NCBI GenBank assembly: GCA_965218425.1
Contig: OZ244621.1
Location: forward strand, 1,184,001 to 1,248,000
DNA from: an uncultured Candidatus Binatia bacterium
GTDB lineage: Bacteria; Desulfobacterota; Binatia; UBA9968; CAXXLF01
Length of the DNA stretch: 64,000 bases
Direction: 5' to 3'
Positions 18,648 to 27,793 of the stretch are shown here, in pieces; positions within the stretch are counted from its first letter, which is position 1; each line of letters begins with the position of its first letter. A program made the translations under genes and the position numbers. A model generated the notes under the pieces. It saw only the letters and a list, made by a program, of their open reading frames with translations, did no database searches and was not told the origin of the DNA.

Positions 18648-19815
18648 CGAAGAGCGCAATATCCACATCCGCGACTTCCGTCTGGTTAAGCTCACACTCG
18701 TAGATGTTGGCCCATTTCGGGAGTATTATGAAATAGACTTTACTGGCGCACCGCTATCCACAGGTGCCGAGAAGGGCAGTGAAACCGCGTGCGAACCAGC
18801 AAATTTTTTCTTGTTACTTAGCAAGAATGGTTTCGGCAAAACCACGGCCCTTGAGGTGATCACGCTACTTTTTGATCTGCTCGGCAAATCTGAAGCTTCC
18901 CGTTTTGGCCATTACGACCTCGATGATGGCACGGGTAAGATACAGGCAGATTTTCGTGCTAACTGGTCTATCGACGACTCGCGCTCACCCGTCCTTCTTT
19001 CGATCTGGGCGGGAAGCGAAGGACCCGTTTATGTTTGGACCAAAAGTGATATCGAGTCTGTTGCGAATGCCTCTGAGTGGGCCAAGGTAGGCTTTGTACG
19101 TTCGCGATCATCAGACCGGATAGAGCTTGGGCCAGGAACAAACGAACTTGGCAAGATCCTCGCAACGGCTATCCGGCACGCGGTCGGCACACCGCCGCCA
19201 GCGCTGTTCGGAGAGGGTTTTGATCTGCCGACAGTGCTCTTCTTTCCAGCCGACCGCGCCGTAAGGCGCCCGCCACTTGCGGGCCGTGCAGTGTCGAGGC
19301 CGGAGCACTGGGGATATCGACCGTCCTTTCGGTTTGAAGTCGACGGGACTGAGTGGGCGAACTCCCTTGACAATTTGTTGGTTTGGCTCTCGTGGCTGGC
19401 GGACGACAGAGACCGTGTCTTGCGAGAATACGTTGAGAAAACCGTATTTATGGATGGCAGAAAAGGATTACTGGAAGTAGACCGTGAGCGACTATCCGCC
19501 AATGTCAAGACACCCGACGGGGTACATCCGCTCTACAACCTCAGCCACGGTGAAAGGCAGGTGTTGCAACTTCTTGTACGCACACCGGTCCACATGACGA
19601 ACAGCACGATTTTGCTGATCGATGAAGTCGAAATGCACCTGCATCCAAAGTGGCGGGTCACACTATTGGAAACGCTCAAAGTGCTTGTCAAAGATTTTGA
19701 GGGCCTTTCAGTAATTGTGACAACCCATGAGCGCGAACTCATACAGGTGTTTCAACATGAAGTGCCCGAAGAGGGCTTAGTGAAAGGTGGATTCTTGATC
19801 GAGCAGGACTTGTAA
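18640..19815 (+). CDS. ABC-type (AAA_15/AAA_21) ATPase, AriA/OLD-like
   Basis: Walker A variant SKNGFGKTT, signature LSHGE, Walker B LLIDEVEMHLHP, TTH; overlaps both neighbours. Confidence 0.85.
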   Translation: MANEERNIHIRDFRLVKLTLVDVGPFREYYEIDFTGAPLSTGAEKGSETACEPANFFLLLSKNGFGKTTALEVITLLFDLLGKSEASRFGHYDLDDGTGKIQADFRANWSIDDSRSPVLLSIWAGSEGPVYVWTKSDIESVANASEWAKVGFVRSRSSDRIELGPGTNELGKILATAIRHAVGTPPPALFGEGFDLPTVLFFPADRAVRRPPLAGRAVSRPEHWGYRPSFRFEVDGTEWANSLDNLLVWLSWLADDRDRVLREYVEKTVFMDGRKGLLEVDRERLSANVKTPDGVHPLYNLSHGERQVLQLLVRTPVHMTNSTILLIDEVEMHLHPKWRVTLLETLKVLVKDFEGLSVIVTTHERELIQVFQHEVPEEGLVKGGFLIEQDL

Positions 19816-20690
19816 TGCCGAACTTAAGAGAGCTGGGGGACAGCAATGCTGTTGATAATAAGTATGTCGACCGGATCGTGTTTTATGTAGAAGGTGAGGA
19901 TGATAAAAGTCTTCTGACTGTCTACTTGTTGAAGCATTACGTCTCTAAAGTTGAAGTCAAAACGCCATCAGCATTGGGAAGCGGTTACCTGGGGGTAATT
20001 CAACGGGTTAGCCAAGAGCGAGGTATGAACGGAAAAATCTTCGGCATAGTCGATGGTGAAGCGCTTTTGCCCTTGGGGCATGTTTCGATATACAAAGAGA
20101 TGTTTGGAGGATGGAATTGGATCACCCTTCCTAAATTTGACGGCATTTACTTTATTCCGTGTTGGGAGATAGAAAACCTTCTCTATATTAGAGATATTTT
20201 GCCACAGACGCTTATTGCCCTTCAGCCTGTATCGAAGCTCTCGCGTTTGACTGAAAGATCTGTCGAAAACATCATCCTGACGGAGGCATTCCGACTTTCA
20301 GAGTTATCTTCGTTGAATTTAGCACTTTTAGCAGAGTCGTATGATACAATAAGAGCAGAAACAAAATCGAACATTGAGAAAAGACATGATTTACTTACGG
20401 AAATTGGGACGACGATCGCCTCGTTAGATAAGGCTCACTTAGTGAAAAATGGGTATGATAATTGGAGGCAATTTTTTCGCGAGCTCCTTCGAGGGAGCCG
20501 AACACGAGACAAAATATACGATGAATTTATTAGTCGTGTTGACGGGAAGGCATTATCTATAAGATTGAGTAAAAAATTAAATGTTCAACCCGACATTCGT
20601 TCAACACTCGCGTACAATTTTTCCAATAATAAGAAAACAATGAAAATTATTGACGCGCTATTGGAAACGGTCAATCGGCGCGTTCCGTGA
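19815..20690 (+). CDS. TOPRIM-fold nuclease (DUF4435/AriB-like)
   Basis: IVFYVEGEDD, GIVDGE, WEIENLL and a C-terminal DGK; TAATG coupling to the ATPase; visibly AT-richer. Confidence 0.75.
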   Translation: MPNLRELGDSNAVDNKYVDRIVFYVEGEDDKSLLTVYLLKHYVSKVEVKTPSALGSGYLGVIQRVSQERGMNGKIFGIVDGEALLPLGHVSIYKEMFGGWNWITLPKFDGIYFIPCWEIENLLYIRDILPQTLIALQPVSKLSRLTERSVENIILTEAFRLSELSSLNLALLAESYDTIRAETKSNIEKRHDLLTEIGTTIASLDKAHLVKNGYDNWRQFFRELLRGSRTRDKIYDEFISRVDGKALSIRLSKKLNVQPDIRSTLAYNFSNNKKTMKIIDALLETVNRRVP

Positions 20691-20904
20691 ATTGTGGCTA
20701 ATCATCTGAAATTGAAGTATGCTTCAATAATCGTTACGCAAGCCGTTGCTCGTATTAACCTAAATTTTGCAGTTGATGCTGGTGCACAGCTATCGTTTGG
20801 AGGGTTTTTCAACCAGTTGGTGCAGTCTGAAGGGGCGTGAGCCATCGCTGTCGACCCGGTTGTCGACCTCCGGGATATTCTTTAACGCTTCGATCAGGAA
20901 TTAG

Positions 20905-21014
20905 TGTCGGGCACACTTTTTTGCTATTCTGGGTTTCCTTCCCTTTCGGATTCCAGCTTGAATTGTACCAATTCTCTCTTGCAATGTCCTGTCCATTTGG
21001 ACGCGGTGTTCTAA
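20905..21014 (-). repeat. Repeat module B, copy 3
   Basis: TTGCTATTCTGGGTTTCCTTCCCTTTCGGATTCC...TTGCAATGTCCTGTCCATTTGGACGCGGTGTTCTAA is closest to the copy at 22897-22990. Confidence 0.85.
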
Positions 21015-21232
21015 TTGGCCCTCTCCGACAGAAAGAACATTACCGTGAGGCGGCAATTAGCTACCCCAAGCAAACGGGCCGGCCGTCCCGCGAGACTGTG
21101 CCGTTATTCCAATCACTTGACACTGGGGTAAGTGCAGAATCGTGGCAACACGTAACTGCAATCTGGACGGGCCGGAGATCCGAAAGCTAGTTTCACGACG
21201 TGGAGGCTAGGCTGCCTCACAGTGTTTAGGCT

Positions 21233-22324
21233 TTATCGATTAGCATTCCGAAGTTCGCGATGAATGATCCGGTGACAGTTTGCGCATAGGCACATCAGGT
21301 CTTGCAGTTGCGTATTGTGTCCGGGCGGCATGTCGGCTAACGGAAGTTTGTGATGCACATCGATGCACGCATCACCGATATCGATCCCATAGACTTCTGC
21401 CGGATCTAGTCCGCAGCGTTCGCATAGCAATCGGCCGTGTTCACTTATGAACGCCGCCTTTTTTGCCGGTGCAAGCCCCCATCCCCGCTCGCGTTGAAGG
21501 TGGATTACATACTTCGGGTGCCCTTCGATCCAATCGCGTTCGTCCGGGTTTGGCGGTACTTCAACGGGTTGGACCGGCCCGTCCTTCGGGACGATCCGGT
21601 ATCCGGCGGCGGTGATCGCTTTGAAGCAGGGGGTTCCGATGCCACCCACAAAGTGATACGGCAAAACCTCGAAGCCGAGAGCTTCGGACACCGCTAGACC
21701 GAACACGGCCTTAGGTGCAAGGCGCGACCCGTCCTCGGTAATAACGTCATAGTCAGTGGATTCACCGAACGAATGCTCGCCTGAACCGAAAAGAAGCCGT
21801 TGCACCGCACGCCAGATGTGTTCGGCAGATACCGGCTGCAACTCTGCAGCCCGTAGCCTTTTGCGTCGGTTTGAGGCTGCGCCAGTCTCGCCCCAGCCTG
21901 CAATCCGGGCGATCCGCTCGCCGGGGGGATTTCCGGTAAATGCGAAACGAAGCCTTTTTGTGGAATTTCCACGGTTGTTTCGGTTGTTCGGATCACGACC
22001 GACCGCAGCCATTCTGTTCGAGAATCTGGTGAACAATTCAGACGGCGAAACCTGAGTGTCTTCGGGAAGGAGTATTTTTCTTTCCTCCATTGGCAAATTT
22101 TGGACACGACTGCTGTCTACCCACACTCCGACCAACGTCAGGTCCGATTGATCGATTCGCTCGAGAAGAATACGCAGTGCCTCACCATATTTAGTGTTTT
22201 GTGCGTTGGTGGTGTCTTTGGTTCCGCCGCGCGAATGCAAAATTAGTTTTCCTTCCTGTACTTCGAAATGAGCATCCATTGGAGTACCGGAATCATTGTG
22301 GAATTTGTATAAGGTTACCGACAC
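21233..22324 (-). CDS. HNH endonuclease, McrA-like putative modification-dependent (type IV) restriction enzyme
   Basis: C-terminal EG...HLQRER...CERC...IDVHH..PL...DLMCLCANCHRIIH; middle domain with APKAVFGLA...FVGG, like the ScoMcrA head domain. Confidence 0.8.
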   Translation of the reverse strand: MSVTLYKFHNDSGTPMDAHFEVQEGKLILHSRGGTKDTTNAQNTKYGEALRILLERIDQSDLTLVGVWVDSSRVQNLPMEERKILLPEDTQVSPSELFTRFSNRMAAVGRDPNNRNNRGNSTKRLRFAFTGNPPGERIARIAGWGETGAASNRRKRLRAAELQPVSAEHIWRAVQRLLFGSGEHSFGESTDYDVITEDGSRLAPKAVFGLAVSEALGFEVLPYHFVGGIGTPCFKAITAAGYRIVPKDGPVQPVEVPPNPDERDWIEGHPKYVIHLQRERGWGLAPAKKAAFISEHGRLLCERCGLDPAEVYGIDIGDACIDVHHKLPLADMPPGHNTQLQDLMCLCANCHRIIHRELRNANR

Positions 22325-22680
22325 AACCGGATCCTATCGTGTTTGTTGTCTGCGTCCCAGGCCTCGTGCATCATGAGCTGGGCCCGCGACAGCGCATTAC
22401 CGCCGCCTACATTGACCCGGTCGGCCAATGAGACTCCAGTGATCTGCGTCATCACGCCCTCGATCGCGCATCGACCGGGCAAATGCAGAGGTGGCGTGGG
22501 GGCATGCGGCGCAGCATTCTTTGTACTGACGAGCAGCGGTTTTTTGCCGTTCTTACGGCAGTTCTTGCTGATACGCATAGGTGGAATACCAAGGGTGCTT
22601 CAAGGGGTGGTAGTTTAGCAAATTCCGCCTCGGATCGCTTGTGGTTTTTTTCGTCCTCTCGAGCGAAATTGGAGCCGATG
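22325..22680 (-). pseudogene. Fragment of a TPR-like hypothetical protein
   Basis: ALSRAQLMMHEAWDAD..HDRIRLCR, truncated at the HNH gene and at repeat A. Confidence 0.35.
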
Positions 22681-23140
22681 TTGTGGGGGTCAGACCTTGA
22701 CATTTGACATGATTCATCTCGCCTTCTCAAAAGTTATTGAGGGAGCACTAAAGCTCTCCCGCCACTGTCGCCCCCCAGGTTGCACTGTCCCGACACCACG
22801 AGGTGGCGGCTGCTGCAATATGCGTCAAGACCCCGTCGCATGACGTGGAGCGGCTCGGCCATGTCGTCTTTTGAAACCGGAGTCATGCCCGCCTTTTTGC
22901 TATTCTAGGTTTCCTTCCCTTTCGGATTCCCGCTTGTATCGTGCCGATTCTCTCTTGCAATGTCCTGTCCATTTGGACGCGGTGTTCTAACCAGCGCAAC
23001 CCACGGCTCATCACTCCGTCATCACGGCTTGAATATCGGCGTAGGCGGACGGAAATAATTGGATATAGGCCGGAAACCGGCCGGATTTTCCGGGGCATTT
23101 AGGGCTCGAAAAAGGGCCCTGCAAGGGCCGTTAAATCGGG
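22681..23140. repeat. Composite repeat (A + spacer + B + diverged C)
   Basis: Direct repeat of 9570-9871. The minus strand reads RDDGVMSRGLRWLEHRVQMDRTLQERIGTIQAGIRKGRKPRIAKRRA* (RAYT-like C-terminal helix). Confidence 0.88.
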
Positions 23141-23277
23141 GCGGGCGGCGCCTCATGAATCCCCCCTCATTGGAACGCGACCACCGTGAGTAGAAGGAGT
23201 TACGTCTTGTGTGGTCGATAACGTGTTTCGATTATTTCTACGGTCATGGCTCTACCTCTCGGAGTCGAATTTGATGG

Positions 23278-23387
23278 TGCACTGTTGCAAAGTTGCTTTG
23301 GAGGTGTTTTCGGTGTCTGTAAGTCATCGATTCTGTGATACCTGATTTTCGGTTTTTACCTGGAAAACCCAACTTTGCGGCAGTGCC
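23278..23387. mobile_element. ~110 bp MITE with IS6/IS26-type terminal inverted repeats
   Basis: GCACTGTTGCAAAGTTG ... CAACTTTGCGGCAGTGCC (15/17 inverted match); GGCACTGTTGCAAA is the IS26 TIR. Confidence 0.7.
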
Positions 23388-23556
23388 CCGCACGTTCCCT
23401 CTTTTCCCTGGTCATCAGGAAGTCTCGGTACGATCCACCCACTAAAACGAACGCCGGTTGATCCAAGTCGATGCTTCTATTTCCGTCCGCCATCGGTTAT
23501 AACCATGACGGTAAAAGAGGACACATCGAAAACCTGTCAGGTTCACGGGAGACGCT

Positions 23557-23970
23557 ATGGTCTTCTTCGGGATCAATGTATTCGCCGTCTTAACCGGCGC
23601 TGTTGCGAGCATGGCCGCCGGGTTCGTGTGGTACGCGGTTTTGTTTACGCAGCCATATCTCAAAGAGCTTGGAAAGTCTCCCGAAGAGCTGGCCGAAGGG
23701 CCAAGCATGCTCGCCGCTTCGTCGCTTCAGTTTCTGGGATGCATTGCGATAGCGGCCACGCTGGCATGGCTAATGTCCCGCACGGGAATGCAGAGTGTCA
23801 GCCAGGGAGCGGCTCTGGCGGTTCTGGTCTGGCTCGGCTTCGTCGCGGCGGTTGTAGGCCCCATGTATGCCTACCAGGCGTTCTCATTGAAATTATTCGG
23901 CATCGTCAGCGGAAACATGCTCGTGATCCTGGTGATCTCCGGGGCAATCATAGGGGCGTGGAAAACTTAA
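23557..23970 (+). CDS. DUF1761-family membrane protein
   Basis: IN..AVL..A......GFVWY..LF pattern, four hydrophobic segments, ending GAIIGAW. Confidence 0.8.
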   Translation: MVFFGINVFAVLTGAVASMAAGFVWYAVLFTQPYLKELGKSPEELAEGPSMLAASSLQFLGCIAIAATLAWLMSRTGMQSVSQGAALAVLVWLGFVAAVVGPMYAYQAFSLKLFGIVSGNMLVILVISGAIIGAWKT

Positions 23971-24110
23971 CCGTTCGTTCACCGACTCGATCGGACGAAT
24001 CCGGCGATTGAGACTCGTCCTCCCCGCAGGCAGGGATGCGCGGCGAGAGACGGAACCGCCGACTTGTGCAATCCGGTATGTAATCCCCCGTTTTTTGTGT
24101 ATTATCTCAG

Positions 24111-24618
24111 CATGTGTTTCTTGGGAAGCTTCTTTTTTCTGTTGGTCATCCCTCTTGCTCAGGGAATGAACTTGCAAGGTAAAGACGACATCGCCGAGAA
24201 AAGTCCTTTCATCTCCGGTCTTTTGCCTTTAAGGCCGACTTCCGCGCTTGTGTCTCAAGCGGCCGGTGCAAGGAAACAGGGGGTAGAAACCCCTGTCGAA
24301 AAACCGGAAGATGCTGCCGTATCTCAAGAGCCTTGGTACGAGATGATGACGCAGGGAATCATCCTGGCTTTTCATGAGTGGCCTGATGAACGGGAAAAAA
24401 CCTTGATCTTGCAGGCAACGGAAAAAGCGGGTCTGAAAAAATCGAAAGAAGAGCTTCCTTATACCAAAGTGTGGTTTTTCAGATGGACCGACAATGAATT
24501 GCGACATGTGATAGAGGCTCATATGACCTGTGTGAGAATCTCTAAGATTTTTTCCTTGAGATACTGTAGGCCGGAACGCATGCCCAGGCCTAGAGATATC
24601 GGGCCGACACCTCGATGA
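24111..24618 (+). CDS. Hypothetical exported protein
   Basis: Signal-peptide-like N-terminus; no motif recognised with confidence. Confidence 0.45.
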
Positions 24619-24705
24619 AAGTCCCATCATAAGACGTTTTCCTGCGATATTTATACATATCGACGCACATGCCGTCCCGACGTTAATCCGATAAAGGGGC
24701 GGTCC

Positions 24706-25788
24706 TTACGAGAAGCCGTACAGGCGTTTGGGATTATCGGCCAGGATCATCCGGATCGTGCTTTCGCTCAGGTCGCCGCGACTCTCCAGATCTTGAGCCA
24801 GGCGGTCTTCCCGGAACGCATCGCCGTGGGGAAAATCGGTCGCGGTTACGAGAAAATCGTCACCCAGCTTGTTCGTCACGTAGGCAAGGTCTTCTTTCGG
24901 AAGACAGCCGACGAACACGCGGTCTCCGAGCAACTCTTTCGCCCTGTTCTTCCTTTGCAGTCCCGACACGATACTCACGGTCCAATCACAACCAGCCTCG
25001 AGAAAGGCCACGCGCAACCTGGGGAACTCGTCGAGCAGGTCGGACTCGAGGATCTGCGTGAATCCGTATTTCACGTAAGGGCCGCTCACAAGGCCTTTTC
25101 CCAGCGGGTGAACGAAGGGGAAGGTCCGGGGCCCCGGTCGAGGCATGCCTTCGAACATCCGCGAGATGGTGGGGCTGCTCCCGTTCCCGGTGTGGACGGT
25201 GACGGGGATATCCTGACGTTCGGCCTCTTCATAGATCGCATAAAAGGACGGATGGGTTATGGGTATGTCCCACTCGATGCCGTGAACGAAAATGCCTGCA
25301 ACGGAGCCGCGCCGCTTGAGCTGCTTCAATTCCTCGATTGCCAGGTCGGGCCTCCTCCAGGGAAGAACGGCCGCAAACCAAAGCCGTCCGCCCGATTGGT
25401 TGCACCGGTCGGCCATGAACCGGTTGTAGCTTCTGGCCAGTGCGGCTTCCAATTCCACGTTCTCGCTCGGGCAACCCAACCAGAGAGAAGGGAAGATCAC
25501 CTGCTTTTCAACACCGAGGGTGTCGAGAAATCCCAATCTCCCCTGGACGTCGTTCAACTCTTGAACGGGGATCGGAACCCCTTTTTCCGACGCTTGCTTC
25601 ATCAGAGTCGGGGTTGCGGCGTAAAGGCGCAGTTTATAATCGATAACCCAGGCGGCGTTTTGCCCCCCAAAGCAGGTGTCTTCGGGCAGTTGAATCGGCA
25701 GGGGCCGGTAAGGGTAAAACTCGGGCTCGAGGAATTGCCAGGTTTCAACGCTCTCTTCAACGTGGGCGTCGGAGTCGATGATCATCAT
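24706..25788 (-). CDS. Amidohydrolase family protein (Amidohydro_2)
   Basis: IDSDAHVEE, VHTG, FLEAG, TDFPHGD. Confidence 0.9.
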   Translation of the reverse strand: MMIIDSDAHVEESVETWQFLEPEFYPYRPLPIQLPEDTCFGGQNAAWVIDYKLRLYAATPTLMKQASEKGVPIPVQELNDVQGRLGFLDTLGVEKQVIFPSLWLGCPSENVELEAALARSYNRFMADRCNQSGGRLWFAAVLPWRRPDLAIEELKQLKRRGSVAGIFVHGIEWDIPITHPSFYAIYEEAERQDIPVTVHTGNGSSPTISRMFEGMPRPGPRTFPFVHPLGKGLVSGPYVKYGFTQILESDLLDEFPRLRVAFLEAGCDWTVSIVSGLQRKNRAKELLGDRVFVGCLPKEDLAYVTNKLGDDFLVTATDFPHGDAFREDRLAQDLESRGDLSESTIRMILADNPKRLYGFS

Positions 25789-25839
25789 GGGGCTGCCTCC
25801 GTAATCCTGCTTAACCGACTATGGCCTCGGACAATGGGG

Positions 25840-26622
25840 TCAAGAACCGCCATGGGCCGGAACGATCGCGCCATTGACGAAAGAAGCGGCATCGGACGCC
25901 AGGAAGAGGGCGACCCCGCCGATATCGTCCGCCACCCCTGCGCGACCCACGGCGATCCGTTCCACCGCCGCTGACAAGTCCCGCATGTCCCCTCCGACTC
26001 TCGGCGTATTGATAAAGCCGGGGGCGATGGCATTCACCCGGATCTCGGGCTTCCACTGGTGGGCCATGTTTACGGTGAGACTCATGACGGCGGCCTTGGC
26101 GGCGGCGTAGGCGGCCATATCGTCGCCCGTGGGATTGCCGAGTCCCGCCGTGGAACCGATGTTGATAATGACGCCTTTCCCCTGGGACTTCATAATGGGG
26201 ACAACGGCCTTGGCGCAGAGAAATGCGCCCTTCACATTCACCTGGAAGGCTCCCATGAAATCCTCTTCACTCAACTCGAGGAGCGGACCGCGGGTAAATT
26301 TCGGGGTGTAGTCGCTGCGGCTATAGGAGCCGCCGGCTACATTGGCGAGAATATCGATGCGTCCGAATCTCCGCATGCTCTGCTTCACCATCTCCGCAAC
26401 CTGGGCGGCGCTGGAAACGTCGACGGTCACCCCGATGGCCTGAGCGCCCAGGGCCTCCGCCTCCGCAATTGCCGGCGGGATCTCTTCGGGCGGCACCGAG
26501 GCGAGAACCAGGTTTGCCCCGGCTTTGGCGAAGGCCCGTGCGCATCCGCGCCCGATGCCCCCGCTCCCTCCCGTAATGACCGCCGTTCGTCCCTCAAGCG
26601 AAAAACGGGATAAATCCGTCAT
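25840..26622 (-). CDS. SDR family oxidoreductase
   Basis: TGGSGGIG, YAAAK, NAIAPG. Confidence 0.92.
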   Translation of the reverse strand: MTDLSRFSLEGRTAVITGGSGGIGRGCARAFAKAGANLVLASVPPEEIPPAIAEAEALGAQAIGVTVDVSSAAQVAEMVKQSMRRFGRIDILANVAGGSYSRSDYTPKFTRGPLLELSEEDFMGAFQVNVKGAFLCAKAVVPIMKSQGKGVIINIGSTAGLGNPTGDDMAAYAAAKAAVMSLTVNMAHQWKPEIRVNAIAPGFINTPRVGGDMRDLSAAVERIAVGRAGVADDIGGVALFLASDAASFVNGAIVPAHGGS

Positions 26623-26656
26623 GGCTCCCCCTCATGCTTATACTTTGCGCCATGGG

Positions 26657-27748
26657 CTAGATACCGTAAAATGCCCTGGGATTGGCGGAAAGAACCTTCC
26701 GTTTCACATCGTCTCCAAGGTCTTCCATGGCCTTGAACCTCGAAATGGCGTTGAGCTCGCTGGATGTGTCTCCATGGCCGTAGTCCGTCCCTATGAGAAG
26801 ATTCTCCTCCCCTACGTAGGACATGACGTAGGGAAAATCGTCGTCCGTCTGGGTGGTGGAGTAAATGTTGTATTCCCGAAATGGGTTGCCGGGAACGGGA
26901 TGGGCGCTCCCCATGGACCGTCTTATGGTCTCGTGGATTATCCAGGGAACCCACTGACATGACACCTCGATGAAGCCCCACCGAAGTTTGGGAAAAACCC
27001 GCGGGATCTCGCTCATAATCAGGGCAAAGCAGGCGGTGACGGTGGGCACGCGAAATGTCGAAAACCCCCCACCGGCTTCGTTGGTCAGCATTTTCATCAA
27101 TTCCGGGTTCCCGTTTGCAAGATGGACGGTTATGGGCAGGTCGAGGAGCTGGGCCTCGTCGTATATGGGGTAAAAAAACGGATCGGTCATGACCCGATCC
27201 CTTTCGAAGGGTCGCATGCAGACGCCGACGGCTCCGTGCTCCTTGGCGAAGCGAATCTGCGGCGCGGCTTCGGAGGGCGTCAACGACGGGATCACACAGG
27301 TCCAGCGCAGGCGCCCTTGCCCGCGCTTCCACACGTCGGCCATCCAACGGTTCCAGCCCCAACAAAGCGCCGTCTCCGCGTCCGGCCTGCTCGTGACGGG
27401 TGAGATCCACATGGAATTATACAACACCTGAACGGCGATCCCCAACTCGTCCATATGCTTCAGTCGCAGACTCACATCGTCAAGCTCTCGGGATTGGATG
27501 GGCGTTGCCACGACCCGACCGAACTTCTTCACGTGTTCCGCGGCCTGGGTCTCGTTGGGTGAAGGAAATTTATTGCCCAGGAATTCCCCGTCCAGGAACC
27601 ATCGTCCCCTTTCCGAGTTGTCCGGCAGGGGGACAAAGGTTGGACGGTACTTCTTCTCAGACGGCTCGAGATAGTCCCACACCTGCTCGTTTTCCACCAC
27701 GTGGGCGTCGGCGTCAACAATGCCCGTATTCGCCTGCGTCGTCGTCAT
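26657..27748 (-). CDS. Amidohydrolase family protein (Amidohydro_2)
   Basis: VDADAHVVE, VHL, FIE, GTDYGHGD. Confidence 0.9.
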   Translation of the reverse strand: MTTTQANTGIVDADAHVVENEQVWDYLEPSEKKYRPTFVPLPDNSERGRWFLDGEFLGNKFPSPNETQAAEHVKKFGRVVATPIQSRELDDVSLRLKHMDELGIAVQVLYNSMWISPVTSRPDAETALCWGWNRWMADVWKRGQGRLRWTCVIPSLTPSEAAPQIRFAKEHGAVGVCMRPFERDRVMTDPFFYPIYDEAQLLDLPITVHLANGNPELMKMLTNEAGGGFSTFRVPTVTACFALIMSEIPRVFPKLRWGFIEVSCQWVPWIIHETIRRSMGSAHPVPGNPFREYNIYSTTQTDDDFPYVMSYVGEENLLIGTDYGHGDTSSELNAISRFKAMEDLGDDVKRKVLSANPRAFYGI

Positions 27749-27793
27749 ACACGCCTCCTTTTGTCTTAAAACGGCAACAGTTTCCTCGAAACC

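Noticed and set aside
487..23140. Dispersed repeats as a CRISPR array or classical integron attC array
   Set aside because: Spacing is kilobases and irregular, there are no cas genes or integron integrase, and no consistent RYYYAAC...GTTRRRY attC ends.
24793..25974. Long antisense ORFs (e.g. 24793..25974, 27902..28561, 40923..42053, 2594..3220)
   Set aside because: They are shadows of genes or gene fragments on the opposite strand in GC-rich DNA and have no recognisable motifs.
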